From contig CATNEN010000028.1 of NCBI GenBank assembly GCA_950097015.1, positions 248,001 to 312,000 on the forward strand: DNA of 64,000 bases, read 5' to 3'. Origin of the DNA: Macrostomum hystrix. Its lineage: Eukaryota; Animalia; Platyhelminthes. The translations under genes were made by a program, and so were the position numbers. Positions 49,033 through 61,600 of the stretch are shown here, one piece after another. Each line of letters opens with the position of its first letter. Positions within the stretch are counted from its first letter, which is position 1. The notes under the pieces are model-generated. The model was not told the origin of the DNA. It did no database searches and saw nothing but the letters and a program-made list of their open reading frames with translations.

Positions 49033-50185
49033 CCAGAGGATTACGGGTAGCTGACGGATCTACCAGAGGATTTGGGGAGCTGACGAATCTACCAGAGGAT
49101 TTGGGAGAAGTTGACGGATCTACCAGAGGATTTGGGAGAAGTTGACGGATCTACCAGAGGATTTGGGAGAAGTTGACGAATCTACCAGAGGATTTGGGAG
49201 AAGTTGACGGATCTACCAGAGGATTTGGGGAGCTGACGAATCTACCAGAGGATTTGGGAGAAGTTGACGGATCTACCAGAGGATTTGGGAGAAGTTGACG
49301 GATCTACCAGAGGAATTGGGAGAAGTTGACGAATCTACCAGAGGATTTGGGAGAAGTTGACGGATCTACCAGAGGATTTGGGAGAAGTTGACGGATCTAC
49401 CAGAGGATTTGGGAGAAGTTGATGAATCTACCAGAGGATTTGGGAGAAGTTGATGAATCTACCAGAGGATTTGGGAGAAGTTGACGGATCTACCAGAGGA
49501 TTTGGGAGAAGTTGACGGATCTACCAGAGGATTTGGGAGAAGTTGACGGATCTACCAGAGGAATTGGGAGAAGTTGACGGATCTACCAGAGGATTTGGGA
49601 GAAGTTGACGGATCTACCAGAGGAATTGGGAGAAGTTGACGGATCTACCAGAGGATTTGGGAGAAGTTGACGGATCTACCAGAGGATTTGGGAGAAGTTG
49701 ACGGATCTACCAGAGGATTTGGGAGAAGTTGATGAATCTACCAGAGGATTTGGGAGAAGTTGACGGATCTACCAGAGGATTTGGGAGAAGTTGACGGATC
49801 TACCAGAGGAATTGGGGAGCTGACGAATCTACCAGAGGATTTGGGAGAAGTTGACGGATCTACCAGAGGATTTGGGAGAAGTTGACGGATCTACCAGAGG
49901 ATTTGGGGAGCTGACGAATCTACCAGAGGATTTGGGAGAAGTTGACGGATCTACCAGAGGATTTGGGGAGCTGACGAATCTACCAGAGGATTTGGGAGAA
50001 GTTGACGGATCTACCAGAGGATTTGGGAGAAGTTGACGGATCTACCAGAGGATTTGGGAGAAGTTGACGGATCTACCAGAGGATTTGGGGAGCTGACGAA
50101 TCTACCAGAGGATTTGGGAGAAGTTGACGGATCTACCAGAGGATTTGGGAGAAGTTGATGAATCTACCAGAGGATTTGGGGAGCT
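49033..50185. repeat. Minisatellite, 31-bp unit (gatctaccagaggatttgggagaagttgacg) with a 30-bp variant, ~37 copies
   Basis: Visible; abuts the stop codon of NHL gene 2. Confidence 0.95.
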
Positions 50186-50193
50186 GAGACAGC

Positions 50194-52808
50194 TCAGTGC
50201 AGCTGGAACTCCTTGATTGCCTGGTTGCGCCAGTCCGCCACATAGAGCAGCCGCGGACCGGACAGGGGGTCCGGTTCGTACATTCCGAGACCCTGCGGCC
50301 CGTCGAACTGTCCTTCTCCGCTGCCAGCCTGACCGTCGATGCCCAGCACCTGGACAGACGTGCCATCAGCCAGGAACAGTTGCACAGTCTGGCCCCAGGC
50401 GTCGCTGACGCAGATCACACCACGATTGTCCACAGCCACCCCGGTTGGTCTTTGAAGCTCTGGACTGTCAGCCGCCGCCCCGGCTGTCGGGTAGGACGCG
50501 ATCAAGCGCCCGGTGATGCTGCACACTTTGTGGACTGACCGGCCGCCTTTGTCGGCGACCAGCAATCGGCTGCCGCTAATTGCCAGGCCGCCCAGCCAAG
50601 GCCGGCCCGTGAAGAAGTCGGACAGGTCGAAGGACGCCGTTACACTGTAGGCGGTCTTTTCGATGCCTAGCAGGCGTTTCTCCTTGCCATCCAGCAGGTA
50701 CAGCAGGTCCCGGCTGGTGACTACAGCGGAAGCAGCTCCGAGTCGGTGCTCAAGGCTGTTGGTGTTGATCTTATGCAGCACGCTACCCCACAGGCTCACA
50801 ACTGTGGCGCCATCCTCGCCTTGGCTGATGTACAGGCGCTGGGCGGAGTTGTCGCAGTGCAGGTCGCTCACCGCTAGGCTCCAGTCGATCTCCGCGTCCA
50901 GACGATGCCGCTTACCTTCGGGCAGTTCAATCGCGAGCAGGTGATGCGAACGTTCGTTGACGTCGTAAGAGATGAACAGGCAAGTCGGGCCGAGGGGTCG
51001 CTGAGCTTCTGGCGAGTCCTTAGCAACTAGGCGGCCGCCGGACGAGCTTGAGCAGTGCAGTCCGGCAGTTTTTGAGCACACGGTCAGGCATTCGATTTCG
51101 CCACCCAGGTTGCGCAAGGTGCGACGAAGCTCGACTGGTGGCGCCGTTGCAGGCCGGTCGCCTGGATATTGTTGAGTTAGAGTTTTCATTATCGAGAAGT
51201 ACTAAGTGGATGAGACCACACTATTTTTCCCCTGGCAAAATACCCACTGCCTACTTCACGATAGCTCCCTAACCGAATCACCGATTTTCGTGAAAGTGCA
51301 CCATATGGATAGAAATTTTCCGTCTTGAACAAAGTATGGATTGAACAAAATTTTGTTCAAAAACGCAAAAACACCGATTTGATGGTTACGACATGGTTGG
51401 ATGATGAAATTTTGTGAGCAGAAAAAAGCCTATATTTGTGGTTCTTGTCACCCGACACACCGACGAGATTCGAGCTCCACCCACGAATTGTCTGCCCAGC
51501 ATGCTGTTTTTCTTAACGGCAACAATGTCACCTACTCTACCTCGCCGAAAATCCTGAGTGTCACCCTGGACCCCTTAATGAAGATGCACCTGCCAATGCC
51601 ACTGCTAACAACGTCAAGTCTGCCAATCATCTCTTCAGAACTCTCAGCGGCAGCAGCTGGGGGCTAGACAAAGAAACGCTCATTACCCCCTACAAAGCTA
51701 TCGGCCTCTCGCACCCTAATTACTGTGACCCAGTCTGGTCGCCACTTCTGAGCAGCAGCAGCAACCATCACCGGGTGCCACAGCTGCGCCCCCAAAGAGC
51801 ACCAGCATGAAGAAACCCAGATTCTGCGAGTCCGCCTGCGAGCTGCTGATCCCACTGGACTCAGATGCTCGACCAGTCTCATCCTAGCCACTCGCTCAAC
51901 CTTGAACCGATCGTTCCTCGTCAGCTTCGTGTCTCCCTGCCGGCCATCGCCTCCAGCTTCATCTCCTATGATCAGCCTGCCATCTGCACCATCACCACTG
52001 CTCCGTCCTCTTCATCCAACCCCATCAATGTGCTTCATTCCGCCTTCGTCCAGACCTACCTCAGTTCTCGCGTGGGTATTTATGTGGGTAAAAATAATTG
52101 GGCATTTGAAATACAGTGGTATTTCTGCTGATAATGGCACTGATGTGACATTCAGGCTCAGATTTAAGCAGCTAAGGTAAAACATCTTCACCCACCTGAC
52201 AGCGGAGCCATCTGCCTGTCCAACAGGTATCGGGCGTTCCGTACAGTTGAACAGACATCGGCCAGGCTGCCCTTCTCAGAGAGCAAGCTGCCGCCTCCGC
52301 CCCCGCCTGCGTCATCGCCGCTCGCTCCTTCCCCGTGGTCACCGTCGCTGGGATTCAGCAGCTCCAGGGTCGGTTCCACCTGGGCGGCGAGTTCGTAAAC
52401 TCGGCGGTAGTCGCCTACTCGGTCCGCCGCTCGAATCGCCTCGGTGTAGCCGACAACGTGCTGGCAGGCGGCAATTTTGCTGCTCAGCGATTCGAAGCGG
52501 CCCCGGGCGGCGTCTACAATATCCATTCGCCAGGCGTCGAGCTCGGCTTCCAGTGAGTCGAACACTGCCTCAAGTTCCTGCACATCGCTGGCCATGCGGA
52601 GTCGCCTAGGCTCCAATTCGCGAAGGCCCGCCCGCAAAGCGGCGATTCGCGCTTCGGTGTCGACTCGAAGCCGGCGAACTCGCTCAACGTCGGCGGCCAT
52701 GTGGCCGGAGCACAGCCGCAGGTTGGAGCGTGGTCCGCGACCGATGCTGGGCTCGCGGCACAGCATGATCTCGCACTTGCCCTTGGCTGGGTTGTTTGAC
52801 TTGGACAT
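50194..52808 (-). CDS. B-box-like zinc finger / coiled-coil / NHL-repeat protein 2 (RING-less TRIM-NHL-like), ~526 aa; exons 52808-52196 and 51161-50194
   Basis: CEIMLC...LCSGH, coiled coil, NHL repeats (LLVADKGGRSVH, LQRPTGVAVDNRGVICVSD, GEGQFDGPQG, LYVADWRNQAI); phase-1 GT-AG join. Confidence 0.85.
51490..52078 (+). mobile_element. Decayed LINE (non-LTR) reverse-transcriptase C-terminal fragment inside the NHL gene 2 intron
   Basis: PKIL(S)VTLDPL, G.DKETLI..YKAI, NYC.PVWSP and QNP.L..R motifs with frameshifts. Confidence 0.7.
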
Positions 52809-53597
52809 TTTTCACTGTGTCAAAGTCTGCTTCACTCAGGCATTTCTGCTGCGCTTCACTTTAGCCTGTCTCTTCTGCTCGATAAGATAAGATTTTGATT
52901 CTCTTCAGCACCGTCCAATAGGGCCATTGTGCATTGGCTCTGCTCAAAATGTATTCTATTCAAATACATTCATGTCATTTTTCAACGTAGACCCGAATGA
53001 AAAAAAGTTCTTCATTTGTTTTTTAATTGAAGTTCATAAATTATCGGTGCTATTACAGCCAAAGTTGATAGGGGTAGCAGTTCTGGAATGAAGCTTGATA
53101 TTGAGCTTAGATGCAATGGAGAGTCTGAAACATTGAGGTGCGTTGTGAGAGGGAAAAACTCACAGAACGCATCTGACATTGACATAGTAGCCTACCGCCC
53201 ACCCGCTTGGGCAAATATGGAAAAAAAACTGTGTCGACTAAAGCCGCGTGTGGAACATAAGCATCCTTTTCACTTATTACAATGGAATTTTTGTTCATTA
53301 ATGTACCCGATAGATTGGAAAACTACAGACACATTCAGTATCATTATGAGAGTTTGTTAGTATCGAGTGGGAGTTAACGGGACTTGACCCCATGAGGATT
53401 AAACACCCAAGGCACAGTGAGTGTACACTGCCATCTGACAATAATAAAGTACATTGAGTCTGTGCCAGCGTACGGTACTAGTGTGCGAGTGTACTTAGGG
53501 GTCAACGAATGGGCAGAATTGCCTCTCATCGGTCTGTGGGTCTACTGCCAACAAATGCGCCAGAGCCCACGGCTCACAGTAACATATATATATATAT

Positions 53598-53808
53598 ATC
53601 GTCTTTCGACAGTCGTCTTTCGACGGTCGTGTTTCGACGGTCGTCTTTCGACGGTCGTCTTTCACAGTAACATATATATATATATATCGTCTTTCGACTG
53701 TCTTCTTTCAACGGTCGTTTTTCGACGGTCGTCTTTCGACGGTCGTTTTTCGACGGTCGTCTTTCGACGGTCGTCTTTCGACGGTCGTCTTTCGATGGTC
53801 GTCTTTCG
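53598..53808. repeat. 14-bp tandem repeat (tcgacggtcgtctt) interrupted by (TA)n
   Basis: Directly visible. Confidence 0.85.
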
Positions 53809-54249
53809 ATATAATGCTCATGCCGTACCTTATCGTTCATGCAATGATACAATCATCTCAATATATAAGCTACACAGTTAATTTTTCAGTGCTAGACATT
53901 TGTACATGAATCCACTGATAACTTTGTTCTAGCATGCAAACGTAAGTCTACATATATTAAGCTCAGCATTTGGAAAGAATTTGGCATCGAGAAAATGTTT
54001 ATAACTCTCCCTACAACCTGGATTACTGCCTAGCGGACAGCGGCTACACTATTGTTGACCTCACAGAATTTTAAAACACTTTTTACAAGCTTCCAGTCTC
54101 TTGTCATTCAGCTATAATCTATTGATTAGCCAACTGGCCTATCACACTGTTTTAGAGAGACGTGTGGAAAGAAACTGAAAAAAAATATTTGCTCTTCACT
54201 AATTTATCAGTGAGTATATTCAGATAGCGAGAATTAGCAGGCAAACTAT

Positions 54250-55359
54250 ATGGTTGAGAAGCATCCAGTTCTCATGCGCCAATTAACTGTACCTCGCATA
54301 CGCAGGTACCTAGTTCTGGGCACCTGTTTTGGCCTCGGCTGCATTGTCATCCTGTGTAGTCACCTGGCAAACCAGCGATGCCACAATGTCCACTGCGGCA
54401 AACCCGCAACAAGCCAGCCGCCGACCAACTCGGAGGCTGAAGTATTTGCCGCTCTGAACCGAATCCGAGGCGGTCGAGTCAGGTGCGGCGTGGTCCAGAG
54501 CCTGTTCCCGGACCGGATTCCGCCGGTGATTCACTGGACTAATCGAGACAGCCGGGTGCTGCTGAAGCACCGAGACCTGGTCGCGTCCTGGCCGGCCATA
54601 CTGGGCGACTCCGCAGTCTACATGCTGTGGGACGACGCTATGATTGAGAGACTGCTAATCAGGCACTACCCGGAGCTGTGGCAGCGCTACAGACACTTGG
54701 GAGCGGGAATCATGCGCTCCGATCTTGGCCGGCTGGCCATTGTTCATCACGTCGGCGGCGTCTACACCGATATGGACGTGCGGCTGCTGCGCAATTTTCT
54801 ACCCCTGTTGCGCAATCATACAGCTCTGTGGTCGCAGGAGCCTTGGGAGCACGCCCACTACCTGTACGGCCGCAAGCAGATGCTGAGCAACGCACTTTTC
54901 ATGAGTCGCGCCGGCCATCCGTTCCTAGAGAACGTTCTGCGCACCTGGCCGGGCTGGTTCGACGCCTTCTGGTTGCACCGGCCCGGGCAGAGCCTCCGCA
55001 GCTCCTCGTCTGCCGTGGCCATGACCGGACCGGGTATGCTCAACAAGTTCCTCGACTCTTACATCGCTAAAGGAAAAACTGGGCCGACTTTGGCCAAGCC
55101 GGATGCATTCCAGCCGTGGTGGGACTCGGCTGCGATACCGTTCGCTATCAAGAAGCGCTGTGCCTTCACCGCCGTAATGCCGACGGAGCAGAGGCAGCGC
55201 TGTTTGGAGCTTCGAAGCGCCAACTTTGTCGCGCGGAGACTGCCACCGCATTCCTATGCAGTTCACCTGTACCTGCACACTGGCTACGGCGCTCCATTGA
55301 ACTATGCAAATGCTAGTCCATTCGAATCGCTGCTCAATTCCAGCTCTTGTGTTATATAG
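54250..55359 (+). CDS. GT32 (Gly_transf_sug, DXD-motif; OCH1/SUR1/A4GalT-like) glycosyltransferase, type II membrane, intronless, 369 aa
   Basis: N-terminal TM, IPPVIHWT, MRSDLGRLAIVHHVGGVYTDMDV, NALFMSRAGHPFL, MTGPGML, YAVHLY. Confidence 0.92.
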   Translation: MVEKHPVLMRQLTVPRIRRYLVLGTCFGLGCIVILCSHLANQRCHNVHCGKPATSQPPTNSEAEVFAALNRIRGGRVRCGVVQSLFPDRIPPVIHWTNRDSRVLLKHRDLVASWPAILGDSAVYMLWDDAMIERLLIRHYPELWQRYRHLGAGIMRSDLGRLAIVHHVGGVYTDMDVRLLRNFLPLLRNHTALWSQEPWEHAHYLYGRKQMLSNALFMSRAGHPFLENVLRTWPGWFDAFWLHRPGQSLRSSSSAVAMTGPGMLNKFLDSYIAKGKTGPTLAKPDAFQPWWDSAAIPFAIKKRCAFTAVMPTEQRQRCLELRSANFVARRLPPHSYAVHLYLHTGYGAPLNYANASPFESLLNSSSCVI

Positions 55360-58300
55360 AGTTCTCTTGTGTTAGGTCTTGTCCTGTGTTTTTATAACAG
55401 CTTTATGCGATACTTCGCTAGCAGATTAAAAAACGTAAGCTTTCAACGTAATGAGCGCCTTTAGAACTGGACTTTCTAGTGACTTATAAGTCAAAATTCA
55501 TATTTCGATTCGGAAGTTCGATCAATCTTATAAATACTTTTGAGAATTTTTTCAAGAGTTCGTGTAAAGCTGTTTAGTCCAAGACTAGATTGGTCAGGTT
55601 ACTGTTCGTAGTATTGCTCTTAGTACGAGCTCGTAGTCCAGTTGGCACTTCAGCGTTAGAACTAAAATGTTTAAGATATCATGATGAGAAGACCTAAAAA
55701 GCGATAACGTACGAGTAAAGACCAATTTAATTCCGTTAAATTCAGAGCTATGGCCTTTAGGAATTCGGCAATGCATTATCATGTCAAAATACTACAAAAC
55801 GTTTAGCTGTAAAAGACCGCGGACATTTCAAATACTTTTTCTTTTTTTCTTATTCTCCTAAAATATTTAACCGCGATCGCCAAATATTTGAATCCAACGA
55901 AAAAAATATTTTTTTCCGGCTCTATCCGATGAAGCAGCTCTTCCAGAATCACAAACATCGCATCGTCGAGATATTCAACGATTCTCGTCAGGTGGAAAAA
56001 ACACCAATGTAGGCATAATTTTTCTGCTTACAAATTTTATAGCCTATATCACCTTAATGCCAGCAATTATTGTTGATTTTTTTACCTTTATCATTATATT
56101 GTATATAATATATAAACTATTGTTATTTACATGTAATACAAGGACCCACAATTTAGTTTGCTAGGGCTAGGACTTGGGACTAGGACTACTTTTGTTGTAG
56201 CCCTTGGTAAATTATCGTATATAAATGGATTATAATGTTAATTATTTCATTTTTTGCCAATATGACTAGCCAAGAATTAAGATCGGTATTTACAGAGCAA
56301 TGTTGGTTGTCCTTGTCACCAGGGTCTTCGGCAAAAATCGCTGAATATCTCGACGATGTTGACTCGGACAGCTTAAAAAAGTTAGTTGATCGTGAAGGAT
56401 GGAACAAAAATGATTCAAATGGTGGACTTTCACGAAAATCGGTCATTAGGTTTGGGTGCTGTCGTGTGAGCAGGCAGCAGATAAAAGAACCACTAGGAGT
56501 AGGTCTACTGCTTGTGGTCCTTGAGTGTATATTTGAAATACCCCTCGTGACGTGGTTCTTCCCTAGGGGGAAATAGCGTGGCCTTTCTATTGTTAATTAG
56601 TATGTTTCCTGCTTTGTGAATTCGTTCGTTTTACGAATCTAAAATTTAAACAATTTCAACAGTTACACGTTGAGTTATATTATTTTAAATAGTTTCAAGT
56701 GCTTACAAAAAAATTTTTGTAACACAGTTTTATTAGCTTATAATTTATTAGTAAAGCGATATAAAAATATTAGGTTTCTTAATTTCTGTATTTAGGTCAT
56801 TTATTGTGGTTATCAATAAATATATTTTCATTCCCGAGATTGCTAGTTAGCTCAGTTTTGGTTGTCGTTTAGTTTACTGGTTATGCTATGAGCTTATAGT
56901 TGTACATATACATTTTGTTATAGTCAAAAATTTTTAACCTGTTGCAAACAGAATATATGTTAAAATTACATGAGTAATTTAATAACACCTAATAACATTA
57001 GTTTAAATTAAAAATATTACCATGCTCGCTGAGTGATTAGACTGATATAAACACGAAATATATAATATACTGTTATTTAGTAATCCTTATTATCACCTTT
57101 TTACTTAATCAGAACCAACAGTATGCGCAGTAAATGTTTTCATTTGAACTATACTTTTAAGCAAAGTTCATTCTGGATATTTTAAAAGTAGAAGGTTGTA
57201 CAAAATAAGATAATATATATTTAATGTTTTACAATATTTAACCAAAATTTTTTAGATGTTAAGAGATTTCTTCTTGAAGCTATTGTAAATGGCAGTTAAG
57301 TTTAGATTATATTTTTAACAAACTTGTTCTTTTAACTGTTTTAGTTATTTGTCCATGTTTTTTATGTCTAGAGTCCTTTTGTGTTAAATTTTGAGTTCTT
57401 TAAACTTCAGAATACTGTGCTGTGATGTTTCATGTTTGTATTAAGAGACAATATTTTACATTTCTGGCTTAATTCTCTTTTGATTGTTAGCAATTATAAG
57501 GTAGCTTTGGTTTAGTTTGTTGCCAATGTAGAAAACATAGGCTTGTTTTTGTATGCATTAGGATGTCCAATGTTCGGTTTGTATTGAAGTGAGATAAGCA
57601 TTTCGCTAAAAATCTAAAATCATATCGCATTGACTTCAATTGGCCTGGGGATAGAATCAAGGTGCAATGCTGCAAGGCTGTGTTGGGTATGTGTGTGCCC
57701 TCAGCATCCATTCACACCCCGATGGTTCTGTCACACAGATCGACCATTCATTTTCAGATCTACCCCGATCTCCTATCTGGGTCTGCTCAGACTTCGAGTG
57801 AGGAGCAGAGCTGCGGAGGCTGCTCAAAACTGTGCTCTTCGTTTGAGTCTTCTCTTAACTCCTGAACTCCCTCCCTGTCTCCCTGCTGCCTGCCATCGAA
57901 GCCTTTCCAGTCCCTAGTAGGCTCCGTACACTGCCTCCCGCCCCCTCCTCCTTGATCCATTCTAGATTCTCCCCTAGCCAAGCCTGCTCCCCATGTTCCG
58001 TCTAACCTCGTTGCGGAGGGCTGCTGACGTTTTCCTTCCCTAAATCTTTTTCCTTCCCCACGCTGCGCAGGGGCTTTCGGATGTGGGTGGAGAATCGTGC
58101 TTGGGGTGGTGAGTGGAGGGGCAGGGAGGAGGCGAGAGTGGCAGAGCAGACTAGGCCCTAGGGCCATACTGGGTCAGAGGGTTGGCGCGCATAGGCAGAC
58201 ACTGAATGGACGGCTTTTGACTGCAGGGCGACCGGGCGTTAGTTTATCGATCCGCTATGCATCCCTCTCCCCCTGTGTATGCATTTTAGGTATTGCTAGA

Positions 58301-58646
58301 AGATTCAGTTAGTACCGAGCGGCTTAGTCTGGGGAAAGGCATAAAACTAGTAACATTAATATTACTATTATTACTAGTACTTATTACTTGAAGACAGAAA
58401 ATATAATCTGTTTCGCCTATTAATGCCCACGCTTAGATTTTTGGGATAAATAATGTTCGATTAACCCTGCGAATTGCAATTAATCAATTTCTATCATTTC
58501 AGCATTTTTTTCTTTCTGCACATTTTGCACATCAGCTAGTGATTGCATATTTTCGCCGTTCAGCCCAATCACTAAAATATTCGATTGGAACACTTGAAAC
58601 ATTTAGTCTAAAAATATTTTATTTCTTTTATTATAACACAAACTAA

Positions 58647-61600
58647 ATGGGCTGCACCTTGAGCGCCGAAGAAAGACAGGCTGTTGAACAATCCAAGACC
58701 ATTGATAAGCGCCTGAAGGAGGATGGCGTACAGGCCGCGAAAGATATTAAACTGTTGTTGCTAGGTGAGTAGTCATGCAGGTCACTGATACGACTTTGAC
58801 AGCTTGCCGTTCTTGAGCCATACCTGACTTATCCCCTGATCTGAACCTCAGTGGGGCTTTTATCCCCTGGTCTAATCCTTCAGTGTGCTGTTATCCCCTG
58901 ATCCTTCAGTGTGCTGTTATCCCCTGATCCTTCAGTGGGCTGTTATCCCTGATCCTTCAGTGGGCTGTTATCCCCTGATCCTTCAGTGTGCTGTTATCCC
59001 CTGATCCTTCAGTGGGCTGTTATCCCCTGATCCTTCAGTGTGCTGTTATCCCCTGATCCTTCAGTGTGCTGTTATCCCTGATCCTTCAGTGGGCTGTTAT
59101 CCCCTGATCCTTCAGTGTGCTGTTATCCCTGATCCTTCAGTGGGCTGTTATCCCGTGATCCTTCAGTGTGCTGTTATCCCCTGATCCTTCGGTGTGCTGT
59201 TATCCCCTGATCCTTCAGTGGGCTGTTATCCCCTGATCCTTCAGTGGGCTGTTATCCCTGATCCTTCAGTGGGCTGTTATCCCCTGATCCTTCAGTGTGC
59301 TGTTATCCCCTGATCCTTCAGTGGGCTGTTATCCCCTGATCCTTCAGTGTGCTGTTATCCCCTGATCCTTCAGTGTGCTGTTATCCCTGATCCTTCAGTG
59401 GGCTGTTATCCCCTGATCCTTCAGTGTGCTGTTATCCCTGATCCTTCAGTGGGCTGTTATCCCGTGATCCTTCAGTGTGCTGTTATCCCCTGATCCTTCA
59501 GTGTGCTGTTATCCCCTGATCCTTCAGTGGGCTGTTATCCCCTGATCCTTCAGTGGGCTGTTATCCCCTGATCCTTCAGTGGGCTGTTATCCCCTGATCC
59601 TTCAGTGGGCTGTTATCCCTGATCCTTCAGTGGGCTGTTATCCCCTGATCCTTCAGTGGGCTGTTATCCCCTGATCCTTCAGTGGGCTGTTATCCCCTGA
59701 TCCGTCAGTGGGCTGTTATCCCCTGATCCTTCAGTGGGCTGTTATCCCCTGATCCTTCAGTGGGCTGTTATCCCCTGATCCTTCAGTGGGCTGTTATCCC
59801 CTCATCCTTCAGTGGGCTGTTATCCCCTGATCCTTCAGTGGGCTGTTATCCCCTGATCCTTCAGTGGGCTGTTATCCCCTGATCCTTCAGTGGGCTGTTA
59901 TCCCCTGATCCTTCAGTGGGCTGTTATCCCTGATCCTTCAGTGGGCTGTTATCCCCTGATCCTTCAGTGGGCTGTTATCCCCTGATCCTTCAGTGGGCTG
60001 TTATCCCCTGATCCTTCAGACAGTTGGGTATTATCCCTGATCCTTCAGTGGGCTCTTATCCCCTGATCCTTCAGTGGGCTGTTATCCCCTGATCCTTCAG
60101 TGGGCTGTTATCCCCTGATCCTTCAGTGGGCTGTTATCCCCTGATCCTTCAGACAGTGGGCTGTTATCCCCTGATCCTTCAGTGGGCTCTTATCCCCTGA
60201 TCCTTCAGACAGTGGGCTGTTATCCCTGATCCTTCAGTGGGCTCTTATCCCCTGATCCATCAGTGGGCTGTTATCCCCTGATCCTTCAGTGGGCTGTTAT
60301 CCCCTGATCCTTCAGACAGTGGGCTGTTATCGCCTGATACTTCATTGTGGGCTGTTATCCCCTGGTCCTTCAGACAGTGTGCTGTTATCCCCTGATCCTT
60401 CAGACAGTGGGCTGTTATCCCCTGGTCCTTCAGACAGTGGGCTGTTATCCCCTGGTCCTTCAGACAGTGGGCTGTTATCCCCTGGTCCTTCAGACAGTGG
60501 GCTGTTATCCCCTGATCTGACCCTCAGTGGGGCTTTTATCCCCTGATCCTTCATTGTGGGCTGTTATCCCCTGGTCCTTCAGACAGTGTGCTGTTATCCC
60601 CTGATCCTTCAGACAGTGGGCTGTTATCCCCTGGTCCTTCAGACAGTGGGCTGTTATCCCCTGGTCCTTCAGACAGTGGGCTGTTATCCCCTGGTCCTTC
60701 AGACAGTGGGCTGTTATCCCCTGATCTGACCCTCAGTGGGGCTTTTATCCCCTGGTCTAATCCTTCAGTGTGCTGTTATCCCTGATCCTTCAGTGGGCTG
60801 TTATCCCCTGATCCTTCAGTGGGCTGTTATCCCCTGATCCTTCAGTGGGCTGTTATCGCCTGATACTTCAGTGGGCTGTTATCCCCTGATCCTTCATTGT
60901 GGGCTGTTATCCCCTGGTCCTTCAGACAGTGTGCTGTTATCCCCTGATCCTTCAGACAGTGGGCTGTTATCCCCTGATCCTTCAGACAGTGGGCTGTTAT
61001 CCCCTGGTCCTTCAGACAGTGGGCTGTTATCCCCTGATCTGACCCTCAGTGGGGCTTTTATCCCCTGGTCTAATCCTTCAGTGTGCTGTTATCCCTGATC
61101 CTTCAGTGGGCTGTTATCCCCTGATCCTTCAGTGGGCTGTTATCCCTCATCCTTCAGTGGGCTGTTATCCCCTGATCCTTCAGTGGGCTGTTATCCCCTG
61201 ATCCTTCAGTGGGCTGTTATCCCCTGATCCTTCAGTGGGCTGTTATGCCTGATCCTTCAGTGGGCTGTTATCCCTCGATCCTTCAGTGGGCTGTTATCCC
61301 CTGATCCTTCAGTGGGCTGTTATCCCCTGATCCTTCAGTGGGCTGTTATCCCCTGATCCTTCAGTGGGCTGTTATCCCCTCATCCTTCAGTGGGCTGTTA
61401 TCCCCTGATCCTTCAGTGGGCTGTTATCCCCTGATCCTTCAGTGGGCTGTTATCCCCTGATCCTTCAGACAGTGGGCTGTTATCCCCTGATCCTTCAGTG
61501 GGCTCTTATCCCCTGATCCTTCAGACAGTGGGCTGTTATCCCTGATCCTTCAGTGGGCTCTTATCCCCTGATCCTTCAGTGGACTGTTATCCCCTGATCC

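Noticed and set aside
43293-55316. Many antisense or overlapping ORFs on the ENaC, NHL and GT32 genes (likewise on the ZAP-like and Tc1 ORFs)
   Set aside because: Shadow ORFs of GC-rich coding sequence with no motifs.
57787-58312. ORFs upstream of G-alpha-o
   Set aside because: Purine/pyrimidine-skewed low-complexity DNA with no motifs; more likely promoter or 5' UTR, which I cannot confirm.
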